A stretch of 59,749 nt of DNA, filler included, from 9 parts of 9 records of this genome joined end to end with filler, not necessarily neighbours in it; one strand, 5' to 3'. Shown: positions 1 to 10,490, counted from the whole stretch's first letter. Program-made: numbers and translations. Notes: generated by a model not told the origin, from the letters alone.

Positions 1-138
1 GTTTTTTCGGGGAAATCCCGACTGTCCGATTACCTGACTTTCTCCGATCCGGGCAGGCAGATGATGGCCTATTACAGCACCTTCGGTGCGGGATTCCCGG
101 ATAGCCTGCTGCGGCGAAACGGGCTGGGAACCTTCTGA
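1..138 (+). CDS. 3' end of a hypothetical protein (partial)
   Basis: Open frame from the contig edge (VFSGKSRLSDY...NGLGTF) to TGA at 136-138; no recognisable motif. Confidence 0.3.
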   Translation, partial: VFSGKSRLSDYLTFSDPGRQMMAYYSTFGAGFPDSLLRRNGLGTF

Positions 139-201
139 AGACTGGCGGGAAGATGTCAGGGCTGCGGCAACCGCCCTGGTAGAGACCGGGAGCAGCGGGG
201 T

Positions 202-1893
202 CTAGCCGGACATCTCGGTGACGTCGGGCAGCGGGGCGTCCCTGACCAGAAGTTTCTCGAACTGATCGGCAGGTATGGGCCGAGAGAAATAGAAGCCCTG
301 CAGGGCATCCACATCCATTCCCGACAATATCGCCGCCTGGGCCGCATTCTCCACGCCTTCAATCACCGAATAGCGATGGCGGTCGCGAATGAGCTCGATG
401 ATGTGCCCCAGGAACTGGCGGTTTTCCATTTCCACTTCGATGTCGTCCACGAATGCCTTGTCGATCTTCAATACGGTGGCCGGCAGATCCTTCAGGTACT
501 GCAGCGACGACCGGCCGGTTCCGAAGTCGTCGATATAGACGCCGAAACCCTTGTCCCTGAGCTGCTTCATCCGATCCATGGCCTTGGCGGTGTTGCTCAG
601 CCCCTCCGACTCGGTGATCTCTATCTTCAGGCGCGAAGGATCGACGCCTCCGGCCTGGGACGCGGCGGTCAGCAGGAGTGGAATCAGGGAGTCGTCTTCG
701 AAGAAGCGGGCGGAGATATTGATGGACAGGTAGATATCGTAGTCTTTCCAGCGGGCCAGATGCCGGGCCGCCGAGAAGATCACCTGCTTCTCCATTTCCA
801 TATTCAGCCCGGTTTCTTCAGCCAGGTGGATGAACTTCCCCGGCAGAAGGAGGCCCTGCTCCGGGTGACGCCACCGGAGGAGTGATTCGGCTCCGGTGAT
901 TTTCCCCACTGCATCGACGATGGGCTGAAAATGCAGTTCGAACCGGTCTTCGAACAGGGATTTGCGCATCTGGGCGATGAGCCTGAGCTTGTTGACCGAT
1001 CTTGCGTGAAGTTCGCTGTCATAGAACTGATAGGTGACGTTGATGTCCCGGGCGGAGGACAGGGCCGCTTCGGCGCGGTGGAGCAGTTTCTCTCCCCCTT
1101 CCGAGTCCTTGGGATGGACGGCGATTCCCAGCCGGCAGTCGGGGCGTATCTCGTAGACCCCCTTTGGATACGGCGTGGCAGCCGATGCCAACACCGCGTC
1201 TGCGAGAGGAGCGATGTCCTCCGGATCGTCCAGATGGGTGATGATGGCGGCGATTTCATCGGATTCGCTGCGGAACACCGAGTCGCTGTCGTCCAGAAGG
1301 CTTTTCACCCGCAGACCGGTGTTCTCGATGATGTGGGTGGCCACCTCGGATCCATGCTGCCGCCGTATCTCCGACAGATTCTCTATGGAGAGAATAAACA
1401 GGCCGATGGGTTTCTTCTCATCCAGCAGATCGTTTTTCTGTATTTCGCGATCCAGGATGATGTCCAGGGAGCGGCGGTTGAACAGCCCGGTGGCCGGATC
1501 GCGGAACTCATAGGTCATGAGCCTGGTTTCGAGTTCACCGAGACGGCTGATGTCATGGGAGATCACCAGAGCATGGGAGACAGGTCCGTCCTTCTCTTCC
1601 CTGAAGGGAAAGAACCTCACTTCCATGTACTTCATCGTCTCCCCGAAGGGGAACTGATCGATGAAATGGACCTCTTCGCCTTCCAGGCAGCGTTTCAGCG
1701 GTATCTCAATGGCCGCTTCGTATCGGGCCTGACCCCAGATTTCGGCAACATTTCTTCCTTCGATCTCTCCGGCGGGTTTTCCCAGCGCCCTGGAATAGGC
1801 CTTGTTCGCGAACACATACCTCGACTCTGTGTCGATGAGGGTAATGAAATCACGGGAAACCTGGACAATCGAGCGATAGGGATCGTTCATCAA
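202..1893 (-). CDS. PAS + degenerate GGDEF + EAL protein (probable c-di-GMP phosphodiesterase)
   Basis: N-terminal PAS, 'DPATGLFNRR', degenerate GGDEF motif (ESDEI), EAL domain with 'AESLLRW', 'DDFGTG' and 'LKIDKAF'. Confidence 0.9.
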   Translation of the reverse strand: MMNDPYRSIVQVSRDFITLIDTESRYVFANKAYSRALGKPAGEIEGRNVAEIWGQARYEAAIEIPLKRCLEGEEVHFIDQFPFGETMKYMEVRFFPFREEKDGPVSHALVISHDISRLGELETRLMTYEFRDPATGLFNRRSLDIILDREIQKNDLLDEKKPIGLFILSIENLSEIRRQHGSEVATHIIENTGLRVKSLLDDSDSVFRSESDEIAAIITHLDDPEDIAPLADAVLASAATPYPKGVYEIRPDCRLGIAVHPKDSEGGEKLLHRAEAALSSARDINVTYQFYDSELHARSVNKLRLIAQMRKSLFEDRFELHFQPIVDAVGKITGAESLLRWRHPEQGLLLPGKFIHLAEETGLNMEMEKQVIFSAARHLARWKDYDIYLSINISARFFEDDSLIPLLLTAASQAGGVDPSRLKIEITESEGLSNTAKAMDRMKQLRDKGFGVYIDDFGTGRSSLQYLKDLPATVLKIDKAFVDDIEVEMENRQFLGHIIELIRDRHRYSVIEGVENAAQAAILSGMDVDALQGFYFSRPIPADQFEKLLVRDAPLPDVTEMSG

Positions 1894-1958
1894 TAGACAT
1901 TATAACGCCATCCGACCCACATGCTTGCGCTTTTTTGCGATTTAGCGGAAGGCGTCTC

Positions 1959-2083
1959 CAGTGCTTCGCAGATTGGGGAAGGCCACAATTCCGTTGGAAA
2001 TCACTATTCTCGCGGCCGTAAACAGCGGTTTGGAGCTGCGGGCTCCATGGGTTTTCCGATTTTCCCCAATCTGCGAAGCACTG
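1959..2083. mobile_element. 125-bp MITE-like element with 22-bp perfect terminal inverted repeats and an imperfect 13-bp target-site duplication
   Basis: CAGTGCTTCGCAGATTGGGGAA (1959-1980) and its exact reverse complement (2062-2083); flanks CGGAAGGCGTCTC (1946-1958) and CGGAAGGCTTCCC (2084-2096) match at 11/13. Confidence 0.75.
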
Positions 2084-2126
2084 CGGAAGGCTTCCCGGGA
2101 ACCGCCTGTATCGATATCCTCCTAAT

Positions 2127-2936
2127 ATGGATTCCAAACCGTTCATTCTCATCAGCAACGACGACGGCATCGACTCTCCAGGCCTCCACGCCGCAGTTGA
2201 AGCGCTCCTTCCTATCGCGGAACTGATCATCGCGGCGCCGGCCGGGCAGCAGACCGCCATGGGCCGGGCGCTACAGCACAATCCTGAAGCAGTATTCAAG
2301 AGCCGGATACTGGATATCGACGGAGAAAACGTACAGGCCTGGTACCTGGACTCCTCTCCGGCGGTGGCGGTACGCCATGCCCTGCAGTGTCTGTGCGGGA
2401 AACGGCGTCCGGACATGGTGATATCCGGAATCAACTTCGGCGAGAATGTCGGAACCAATGTGACGGCCTCAGGTACCGTGGGCGCGGCCATCCAGGCGGC
2501 AGTATGGGACTACAAGTCTCTGGCCGTTTCACTGGAGGTTCCCCAGAAATTCCACTACGAACATGGTGAGGTGGACTGGAAGGGTGCGATTGAGGTGTTG
2601 AGAAAGGCGGTTGAGAGCTTCCTTGCTGCTGACTGGCCGAAAGACGTCCACGTACTGAAGGTGGATATTCCCGATGACGCCGATGGCTCGACACCCTGGA
2701 AAGCCGCGCGGCAGTCCCGGGAACCCGGCTGGTGGGGACTGGTGCCTGAAGCGTCACCGGAGTCTACCACCGGCAGCACCGTCGGTGAAAGAGGTCCGCG
2801 GCCGGGGTACGCCCTGCATCCTGAAGATGATATGCACTCCCTGCTGGTGGACAGAAAAGTGGTGGTAACGGCGCTGAGCATCGATATGAGCTCACGGATC
2901 GCACTGGATGATCTGGAAGACATGTTCGGCAACTGA
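2127..2936 (+). CDS. surE: 5'/3'-nucleotidase SurE
   Basis: 'ILISNDDGIDSPGL', 'SGINFGENVG' and 'SGTVGAA' motifs. Confidence 0.92.
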   Translation: MDSKPFILISNDDGIDSPGLHAAVEALLPIAELIIAAPAGQQTAMGRALQHNPEAVFKSRILDIDGENVQAWYLDSSPAVAVRHALQCLCGKRRPDMVISGINFGENVGTNVTASGTVGAAIQAAVWDYKSLAVSLEVPQKFHYEHGEVDWKGAIEVLRKAVESFLAADWPKDVHVLKVDIPDDADGSTPWKAARQSREPGWWGLVPEASPESTTGSTVGERGPRPGYALHPEDDMHSLLVDRKVVVTALSIDMSSRIALDDLEDMFGN

Positions 2937-3170
2937 CATTCCGCCCTATGCGCGATGCATTAGGGCTGCAAACCACATATGCAATTATTTCCTTACTATA
3001 CAATCATATATCTTGACTGAGCCAGTCCAGTTATGACAAAAGCAATATCCGACCCGATAAAGTGCAGCCATTCACTTATGAAAAATTATCTTTATACCAG
3101 ATAAGCATTTAACATCACATTAGTCGGCTTGGCACAGTAAATGCTTCTATATGGGCATATGGAGGCTGTT

Positions 3171-3983
3171 ATGAACGCCGTAAAAATCAAAAGTATCATT
3201 CTTGCTTCTGCCGCTCTGGTGGTCGTGGCGCTGGCATCTTGCAGCAATCCGACTGGCGGCCGATTGACTACCGAGCCCGATACTGGAATCGATACCGATG
3301 CCGGAACCGGCCTTGTCGCCGGCCTGGACCTGGAAGGCGCCAGTATCTTGGACAACGCCGATGTTGTGGTTTCCGGCACGGTCTCCTGGGAAGAGGGTCT
3401 GTCCGGTAACGCCATGCGCGGTGATGAAGACGGTGACTACCTCCGGATCCTGGACGGCACTCTCCCCGAAACACCCTATACCGGCAGTGTTGAAGTCTGG
3501 GTCTACCCCGAGCACACTGACAAGAACAACTACTTCGCCGGCATCCTTCACAAGGGTGACGAGATCGATTTCTCCGATGAAGCCTGGAGCCTGCAGAATT
3601 GGCAGTCTGAACGAATGGCCTTCATCTACAGCCCCGCTTCGGCGCCCGACACCTACGAGAAAGTTCTAGCCGATACCTACCTGACAGTTGACGCCTGGAA
3701 TCATGTGGCGGCCACCTGGGAATGCGACGAGGCCAGCGGCGATGTCACCCTGAAGCTCTACATCAACGGCGAACTGGACAAGACAGCCACCTTCTCCGCG
3801 CTGGGCCCCATGTATGACTCCGACGGTGACCTCCTGGTCGGATCCCAGCTTCCCGAGCAGTACAACACTAACTACGGGCATCTGAGCTTCCGTGGCCTGA
3901 TCGATGAGATCTCCATCTACGACGTCGTCCGGACAGCCGAGGAAATCCAGGCCGAATACGAGGTCTATGTCCCCACCGAATAA
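3171..3983 (+). CDS. LamG/concanavalin A-like domain lipoprotein
   Basis: GGAGG RBS before ATG 3171; lipobox 'LASC'; 'WNHVAATW', 'LYINGEL' and 'FRGLIDEISIYDVVRTAEEI' LamG signature. Confidence 0.8.
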   Translation: MNAVKIKSIILASAALVVVALASCSNPTGGRLTTEPDTGIDTDAGTGLVAGLDLEGASILDNADVVVSGTVSWEEGLSGNAMRGDEDGDYLRILDGTLPETPYTGSVEVWVYPEHTDKNNYFAGILHKGDEIDFSDEAWSLQNWQSERMAFIYSPASAPDTYEKVLADTYLTVDAWNHVAATWECDEASGDVTLKLYINGELDKTATFSALGPMYDSDGDLLVGSQLPEQYNTNYGHLSFRGLIDEISIYDVVRTAEEIQAEYEVYVPTE

Positions 3984-4005
3984 CGCACTCTCTCTCCTGT
4001 ACGAT

Positions 4006-4041
4006 AAAAAACCCCGGCGGCCGCGAGGCACCGGGGTTTTT
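4006..4041. terminator. Bidirectional intrinsic terminator
   Basis: AAAAACCCCGG...CCGGGGTTTTT between the convergent LamG and eda genes. Confidence 0.75.
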
Positions 4042-4072
4042 CTGTGTATGCCTGTGTAATGCAGGAGGGATG

Positions 4073-4702
4073 TCAGGCGCCTGCAATGGCCACAGCTTCA
4101 GCTGTGAGCTTCTTCACCTCATCCCAGTTGCCGTCGTTCAGGAGATTCTTCGCCACCAGCCAGCTGCCGCCGCAGGCGATGATGGAGGGCACGGCCAGCC
4201 ATTCGGCCAGGTTGGCGGCACTGATGCCTCCAGTGGGCACAAATTTGACATCCGCATAGGGACCGGCGAGGGCTTTGATCTTCGCCAGCCCGCCGGAAGC
4301 TCCCGCAGGGAAGAATTTCACTGTATTCAATCCGAGAGCGAGGGCCATTTCGATGCCCAGAGTGGAGTCCACTCCAGCCAGGATGGGTATCTCTCTGACG
4401 ACCGCCCATTTGGTGACTTCGCTGTTGAAACCGGGGCTCACCAGATAGGTGGCGCCGGCGTCCATGGCGGCTTTGGCCTGATCCAGGGTTCGGACGGTGC
4501 CGGCACCGACCTCCATATCCCCCCTTTTAGCCATGGCGCTGATGGTATCGGCGGCGCTGGCGGTGCGGAAGGTGACTTCCGCGACAGGCGATCCCCCTTC
4601 CACCAGGGCGGCGGCCAGATCATCGGCCTTTCCGGCGTCTTCCAGAGCGATAACGGGCACTACTTTCAGTTCGGCCACACGGGCCAGGAATTTTTCGTAC
4701 AT
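4073..4702 (-). CDS. eda: KDPG/KHG aldolase
   Basis: 'EVTFRT', 'VGAGTV', 'VSPG', 'KFFPA' and 'PTGGI' motifs. Confidence 0.93.
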   Translation of the reverse strand: MYEKFLARVAELKVVPVIALEDAGKADDLAAALVEGGSPVAEVTFRTASAADTISAMAKRGDMEVGAGTVRTLDQAKAAMDAGATYLVSPGFNSEVTKWAVVREIPILAGVDSTLGIEMALALGLNTVKFFPAGASGGLAKIKALAGPYADVKFVPTGGISAANLAEWLAVPSIIACGGSWLVAKNLLNDGNWDEVKKLTAEAVAIAGA

Positions 4703-4711
4703 CAGCTTCTC

Positions 4712-5165
4712 CTACCGATCAACTCTCGCCGATCCGCCGCCGACGAGTTTCTCCACTTCGTCCAGTGACGCCATGGTGGTGTCTCCGGGTGTGGTCATGG
4801 CCAGGGCGCCGTGGGCGGCACCGTATTCGACAGCCTGTGCCGCACCCTTGTGGGCCAGGAAACCGTAAATCAGACCCGAGGCGAAGCTGTCGCCGCCGCC
4901 GACTCTATCGAAAATCTCGCAGTTGTCCCGTTGGGCGGCCTTGTGGAACTCACCTTCATGCCAGAGAACGGCGCTCCAGTGATTCACGGTGGCAGTCACA
5001 ACGTCCCGAAGAGTGGTGGCGACAGCCTGGAAGTTCGGATAGGCGGCCACGACTTTCTCGATCATCGCCTTGAAGCTGTCGAGTTTGATGCCGGTGATGG
5101 TGTCATCCATGCCTTCGACGTCAAAGCCGAGGCAGGCGGTGAAGTCTTCCTCGTTGCCGATCATC
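4712..5165 (-). CDS. kdgK: 2-dehydro-3-deoxygluconokinase, PfkB family (C-terminal part)
   Basis: 'GNEEDF' and 'DRVGGGDSFASGLIYG'; lies upstream of eda; cut by the contig end. Confidence 0.85.
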
Positions 5166-5265
5166 NNNNNNNNNNNNNNNNNNNNNNNNNNNNNNNNNNN
5201 NNNNNNNNNTTAATTAATTAANNNNNNNNNNNNNNNNNNNNNNNNNNNNNNNNNNNNNNNNNNNN
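5166..5265. other. Artificial contig spacer (also at 10667-10766, 16999-17098, 23540-23639, 30082-30181, 35795-35894, 42662-42761, 48069-48168)
   Basis: N-runs around TTAATTAATTAA, which has stops in all six frames; gene content changes abruptly across each. Confidence 0.98.
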
Positions 5266-6134
5266 TGGACTCTGGCTATGATTTCATCGATATCCACCGC
5301 AGCAAGAAGACACCTTCAGATCTTCAAACTGGAAACACTCTTGGCTTGGCAACGGAGGTTTTTATCCAAACGATGGACCTACCCGAAAAGTAATTCCGGT
5401 CGAAAACCAGTGAAACCCAAGATCAAGAATTTGATTCTGAGGATGAACAACGATAACAACTTGTCGGGATGCCGTAGAACTACCGATGGGCTTGGGAAGC
5501 CTGGAATTGAGATCCATCACTCGACGGCCAATCGGATTATCCAAGATTTTCGGGAGAAAGGATGTATCGCAGCATCTGGCTCGTAGTCCCGATTTCTTAA
5601 AGCTCATTGGGATTCGATGTATGCCATGGATTTTATGACGATCGATACACTCCTTGGCAAACGATTCTTCCTGCTGATCGTATTGAAACTCGGCACCAGA
5701 GAAATCAAATACTGGAACATGACTGAGAATCCAACGAAGGATTTTGTTCGTCAGCGAATAATCGAGATTCAGGCTCAGAATCCTGAGAGGAATTACCTGT
5801 TCCATGATAACGCCCTTCACTTTACTTCAATCAGTTATCCGGCTTATGGAATTGAAGGAGTTCATACCTCGGTAGCCACTCCGAATATGAATGCCTGCGT
5901 CGAAAGAGTCATCGGAACGATTCGAAGGGAGGGTCGCTGGATCACTTCCTGTTGTTTTCCGAGAAACAGATCCAGAATGTGGTATCGGAGTATATCGAAT
6001 ACTACAACAGATATCGGTCCCACCAAGGAATTGATTGCATACCAGCCGGACGAGTATCGAAAGGTGATGGTAGAATCGTCAAACTCCCGATTCTATCAGG
6101 ATTACATCACAACTATTACCGGAGCAGTGCTTGA
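5266..6134 (+). pseudogene. Decayed IS transposase (rve integrase-core type)
   Basis: 'ETLLAWQRR...WTYP..GR', then an in-frame TAG at 5584-5586 where W is expected ('S*SRFLKAHW..AMDF'), 'PNMNACVERVIGTIRRE', a frameshift near 5930, and 'EYYNRYRSHQGI'. Confidence 0.85.
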
Positions 6135-6188
6135 TCTCGATTTGGATGAAATAAACTACGACATGCAAACTATGACGAATACACCCGG

Positions 6189-7028
6189 TCAATATTGATT
6201 CGTCTTCAACCAGACGGATGGAGCCAGTCCTTCGTGCTTTCTGAAGGTTTTGCTGAAATTCTGAAGACTCCGGAATCCGCAAGCCGATGCGACTTCGGTG
6301 ATATTGGTTTGATGGTTGTATAGCAGGGTTTTCGCCCGCTCCAGCCTTACACGCGTTATGAAGGTCAAGGGATTCTCATTTGTATACTTCTTGAAAAGAG
6401 CGGAGAAATAGTTATACGAAAGCTGAACATGCCGACTCACCTGATCCACGCTGAGATCGGGGTCGGCATAGCTGTTCTGAATGTACTGAACGGCCATTTT
6501 TACCGATTCCCAGTTCCGGAACTGGTACCGCGGACGGGGAGGATGGACATTCCGGCTGTTGTCCAGATAGAGGCCCAGGATAGCCTGGGTCAATCCGTCG
6601 CAGAAAACCTGCCGGTCTTGAGTATTTCCACTCCAGCTCCCTCTCAGGAGCCTGGTTAGTCCTTGCACGTTCTTGAAATCTTCTTCAGTCAGCGTAATGG
6701 TCGGCGGGACATCCATTCCCTCCAGTCTGTGGCTGTGATCGAGGAAATGTATAACCGTCATTACGGCCAGATCATCTTCAAGTATCGCATGAAGAGTATT
6801 GGGGCTGATGTAAATCATGTCCCCGGCGGACACTTTGAATCGATCCTCCTCGTTCTGGTAGAGAATCGAACCGGATTCAACAATGTGAATGACGTACTCC
6901 AGATCGATGAACGAGCCCTTGGATAGGGAATACCGGTCCTCCCGGACCCATCTGGTTTCCAGTTCCATATCTGATGGTATCACGAAACCAAAGGGGTAAT
7001 AGTTAAAAAAAGGGCGATATAGCATCAT
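6189..7028 (-). CDS. AraC family transcriptional regulator (cupin + HTH)
   Basis: 'RLERAKTLL...ITEVASACGF.SLQNFSKTFRKHEGLAPS'; divergent from the sugar operon; start codon uncertain (7028 or 7025). Confidence 0.88.
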   Translation of the reverse strand: MMLYRPFFNYYPFGFVIPSDMELETRWVREDRYSLSKGSFIDLEYVIHIVESGSILYQNEEDRFKVSAGDMIYISPNTLHAILEDDLAVMTVIHFLDHSHRLEGMDVPPTITLTEEDFKNVQGLTRLLRGSWSGNTQDRQVFCDGLTQAILGLYLDNSRNVHPPRPRYQFRNWESVKMAVQYIQNSYADPDLSVDQVSRHVQLSYNYFSALFKKYTNENPLTFITRVRLERAKTLLYNHQTNITEVASACGFRSLQNFSKTFRKHEGLAPSVWLKTNQY

Positions 7029-7152
7029 TTTATCCCGTGAAATAATAATTTTGGACAAAAATGCATAAAAACTCGTAGATTGACCGAGGAGAAAGCGGGT
7101 CAGATAATGATGCTCGGATCGTGGACTTTCTGCACTACTCAAGGAGAACGCA

Positions 7153-8130
7153 TTGCATAAAATTCAGTTTACTTCCCCCGGGAAAGTCGAATTGCTGGAG
7201 GACCGGAAACACATGCCGTCCGACAGTCTGTTGATAAAAAACCAATACAGCTTAATCAGTCCGGGAACCGAGCTCGCCATTCTGTCAGGAGGTGAGTCCT
7301 GGGCTCCCCTGCCTTATGTTCCAGGCTACGGTTCGGTGGGTCTCGTCGAGCAATCCGGCAGTTCCGGCCTTGAAAAAGACTCGACGGTGTTCACTTACGG
7401 TAATCATGCCTCGTTGATAGAAGATGACACTATCTGCCTGCCGGTTCCCGAGGGACTGGATCCGGTGCATGCCGTATTTGCCCGGATTGGCGCCGTATCC
7501 ATGACGGCCATAAGGGTTTCGGAAATCGAACTGGGAGACAGAGTATGCGTTGTCGGAGCCGGCTTGGTAGGCAATCTCGCAGCCCAGATGGCTGCGCTAT
7601 CGGGAGCTCATGTCTGCATCGTCGATACATCGGCCCAGCGTCTGAAAATCGCTGAGGAATGCGGTATTCGGGAAACCGCTCTGTCAATCGGCGATCTGCC
7701 GGGGAACAAAGAAGTGTCCGCCAGATTCTCAACTGTCATTGATGCAACGGGCATCCCTTTTCTGCCGGCCAAGGAAATCGACCTTGTCGCTCCCCACGGA
7801 GAGCTGATTCTCCTGGGCAGTCCCCGGGGCGATTATCAGGGGAATCTCACAAATCTGTTTAACAAAATCCATCTCTGTCCCGACGTGGTCACGCTCAAAG
7901 GCGCTCATGAATGGCGCTACCCCGTTTTCGGGAGTGAAGCGAATCACTACAAGCACTCGATAGAACGGAATCTTCAAATCATTTTCCGTCTGATTGGGAG
8001 TGGGGAGCTGAATATCGCACCGCTTCTGACGCAAAAAGTGGGTCCCGAGGCCTGCCAGGCCGTCTATGACGGTTTGAAGGAACGTAAGGACGAATACATG
8101 GGCGTGGTATTCGACTGGAGGGCGCTCTGA
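7153..8130 (+). CDS. MDR-family (zinc-binding-type) alcohol/sugar dehydrogenase
   Basis: AAGGAG RBS with TTG start; 'SLISPGTE', 'PGYGSVG', Rossmann 'GAGLVG' and 'IDATG'. Confidence 0.85.
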   Translation: MHKIQFTSPGKVELLEDRKHMPSDSLLIKNQYSLISPGTELAILSGGESWAPLPYVPGYGSVGLVEQSGSSGLEKDSTVFTYGNHASLIEDDTICLPVPEGLDPVHAVFARIGAVSMTAIRVSEIELGDRVCVVGAGLVGNLAAQMAALSGAHVCIVDTSAQRLKIAEECGIRETALSIGDLPGNKEVSARFSTVIDATGIPFLPAKEIDLVAPHGELILLGSPRGDYQGNLTNLFNKIHLCPDVVTLKGAHEWRYPVFGSEANHYKHSIERNLQIIFRLIGSGELNIAPLLTQKVGPEACQAVYDGLKERKDEYMGVVFDWRAL

Positions 8131-9119
8131 TGGTCAAACTTGGATTCGCCATAGCCGGTGCCGGCTGGATTGCCGATTTCTACCATGGAGCGTATCAGGA
8201 GCTTACGGATAGATACGAATTGCTGGGTTGTTCTGGCAATCCTTCGGAATCGGGACAGAAACGTCTCGGAGACAAATGCCGCCGATGGAATACAAAGGCC
8301 TATTCGTCATACGGCGAATTGCTCGATGATCCCGATGTCGCCTGCGTGGGAATAATGTCTCCCACCAGTCTCCATTTCGACCAGGCCAGAGAGGCTCTTA
8401 ACGCCGGGAAGCACATCCTCGTGGAGAAGCCCGTCACCCTCGATACGGGAGAACTGGAGAAACTGGAAGCCCTTTCCCACCAAAAGGGCCTGATAGTCTT
8501 TCCCGGCCACAATTTCGTTTACCGGCCGGTGATTGCTGAAGCGAAGAAAATCGTCGACTCGGGTGCACTCGGGACAATATCCTACGCCAGTCTCCGGGCT
8601 GTGCATTTCATTCCCGATGATCATGCCTCAGGTTGGAGAAAGAATATGTCACTTTCCGGCGGAGGGGCTATGATGGACAGCGGCACGCACCTCGTCTATC
8701 AGCTTCTCCATCTCCTCGGACACCCCCAATGGCTGTCCTGCTTCATGGGAGCCTTTCACTACACTTCGATGGACGCCGAAGACACTTGTCAGATTTCTCT
8801 GCAATACGCCGACGGCACCATCGCTCAGGTTTTCCAGTCCTGGAGTGCGGCCGACGACAGCGCAGGAGAAATCCGAATCGAGGGAGACAAAGGGATTCTG
8901 CTGATCAACGGAGATGGATTGCATATGAACGGCAATCTTGTTGAGACGGACGGGGCTTACGATCGGTCGTTTTGCCATACTCTGGCCGCATTTCATGAAT
9001 CGGTTGTTACGGGAAAACCTCCTGTATCGGACATCCGGAACGCGTGGGAAACACTGAACATCATTCAATCAGCATACAAAGGGGCGGAATCCAGGAAGAT
9101 TCTGGAATTGACCCTTTAA
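8130..9119 (+). CDS. Gfo/Idh/MocA family oxidoreductase
   Basis: 'IAGAGWIA', 'GKHILVEKP' and 'GGGAMMDSGTH'. Confidence 0.9.
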   Translation: MVKLGFAIAGAGWIADFYHGAYQELTDRYELLGCSGNPSESGQKRLGDKCRRWNTKAYSSYGELLDDPDVACVGIMSPTSLHFDQAREALNAGKHILVEKPVTLDTGELEKLEALSHQKGLIVFPGHNFVYRPVIAEAKKIVDSGALGTISYASLRAVHFIPDDHASGWRKNMSLSGGGAMMDSGTHLVYQLLHLLGHPQWLSCFMGAFHYTSMDAEDTCQISLQYADGTIAQVFQSWSAADDSAGEIRIEGDKGILLINGDGLHMNGNLVETDGAYDRSFCHTLAAFHESVVTGKPPVSDIRNAWETLNIIQSAYKGAESRKILELTL

Positions 9120-9142
9120 TTAAGAAGTGAAGGAGGTGTCTC

Positions 9143-10441
9143 ATGACACAAAGAACGATAAAGAAAGGCCTTTTGATAGCCATCCTGGTGATTTTCACCG
9201 TATCGGCAACCTGGGCGAACGGTTCTTCGGACGGACAGGATACCGGAGAAAAAGAGATTACGATGATTCATTTCATGTCACCGGCACAGGACGACGCCAA
9301 CGGTAAGGCGTTCGCTGCCACTATGAGTGCGTATCGGGAGAATCATCCGGAAATCACGATTTCCGATGAATTCATTCAGCATGACAACTATGAAATGAAG
9401 CTGAAAACCATGGCTGCAACCCAGAGCCTTCCGGATCTGTACTATTCCAAACCCGATTTGTTTCCCCTTCTGAGGGAGAACAATCTGCTTGCGCCGGTTG
9501 ACGGTATACTGGACTCCGATTCCGCTTTCGCGTCAGCCTATAAATCCGGCGCTTTCAACGACTTCATCCAGAACGGTGAAACCTGGGCGTTCCCATTCCA
9601 GCTCCAGTCCAACCATGTGGTTTACTACAACAAGGACCTTCTGGCCCAGGCGGGATACGACGAGTTCCCCAAAACAATGGACGAATTCGTTCAAGCCTGC
9701 GGCGATCTTGACTCAATGGGCGTTGTCCCCTTCGTGATCGGTAATAAAGGGAAATGGCTGGTCCCGTCCTGTATATTCAACACCATGGTTTACCGTTATA
9801 CCGATGCAGAATGGTTCGACAGCATCTACAACTCCACAGGAGCGAAATTCACGGATGAACCTTTTGTCGACGCGGCTCGGAAACTTGTGGAACTGCGCAA
9901 TGCCGGTGCGTTCAACGATGATATGAACAGCATCGACAATAATCAACAGAGAACCGTATTCTACTCCGGCGAAGCCGCGATGTTCGTCGAGGGGTCCTGG
10001 GCCTTGGGACCCGTGATCGACAATGCCGCCGGCGATTTCAAATCCAAAGTCGGCCTGGCTGTCCTGCCGCCGGTGGAAGGGAACGAGGAGTTCGCCAACA
10101 CAGTCGCCGGCGGAGCCGGGTGGGGAATCTGCATCAACGCCGGAATAGACGCTGACAAGGAAGCCCTGGTCACTGAATACATCAAGGAAGTCTACGGCCA
10201 GGAATACGCCGATGTCTCCGCCCGAAACGGCGGTTTCCCGGCAATGGTGCCCCAGATCGATGAATCCGATCTGGATGAACTTCAGGCAGCCTATAATCAG
10301 CTGCCCCTCGAGTTCTCACCCATATTCGATGTGCAGCTTCCTTCCACGATCGTGGATGTTTTCTATAATGACCTCCAGAAACTGCTCATGGGCAGCCTGA
10401 CTCCGGAAGAATACGCTTCCAACGTCGAAGCCGCCCGATAG
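9143..10441 (+). CDS. Carbohydrate ABC transporter substrate-binding protein
   Basis: AGGAGG RBS; signal peptide ending 'WANG'; 'VYYNKDLLAQAG' and 'GEAAMFVEGSW'. Confidence 0.9.
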   Translation: MTQRTIKKGLLIAILVIFTVSATWANGSSDGQDTGEKEITMIHFMSPAQDDANGKAFAATMSAYRENHPEITISDEFIQHDNYEMKLKTMAATQSLPDLYYSKPDLFPLLRENNLLAPVDGILDSDSAFASAYKSGAFNDFIQNGETWAFPFQLQSNHVVYYNKDLLAQAGYDEFPKTMDEFVQACGDLDSMGVVPFVIGNKGKWLVPSCIFNTMVYRYTDAEWFDSIYNSTGAKFTDEPFVDAARKLVELRNAGAFNDDMNSIDNNQQRTVFYSGEAAMFVEGSWALGPVIDNAAGDFKSKVGLAVLPPVEGNEEFANTVAGGAGWGICINAGIDADKEALVTEYIKEVYGQEYADVSARNGGFPAMVPQIDESDLDELQAAYNQLPLEFSPIFDVQLPSTIVDVFYNDLQKLLMGSLTPEEYASNVEAAR

Positions 10442-10457
10442 TTAGTATTTCCTTTAG

Positions 10458-10490
10458 AGGGGCATGCCGGCGATTCCGGTATGCCCCTTT
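10458..10490 (+). terminator. Stem-loop after the SBP gene (partial terminator or mRNA stabiliser)
   Basis: AGGGGCATGCCGG-cgatt-CCGGTATGCCCCT followed by TTT. Confidence 0.55.

Noticed and set aside
2937-3170. AT-rich leader before the LamG lipoprotein as a possible riboswitch
   Set aside because: No conserved riboswitch motif recognised by eye; a covariance-model search would be needed.
5584-5586. In-frame TAG in the transposase as possible pyrrolysine or readthrough
   Set aside because: It replaces an expected Trp (TGG to TAG) in a gene that also has a frameshift; ordinary decay.
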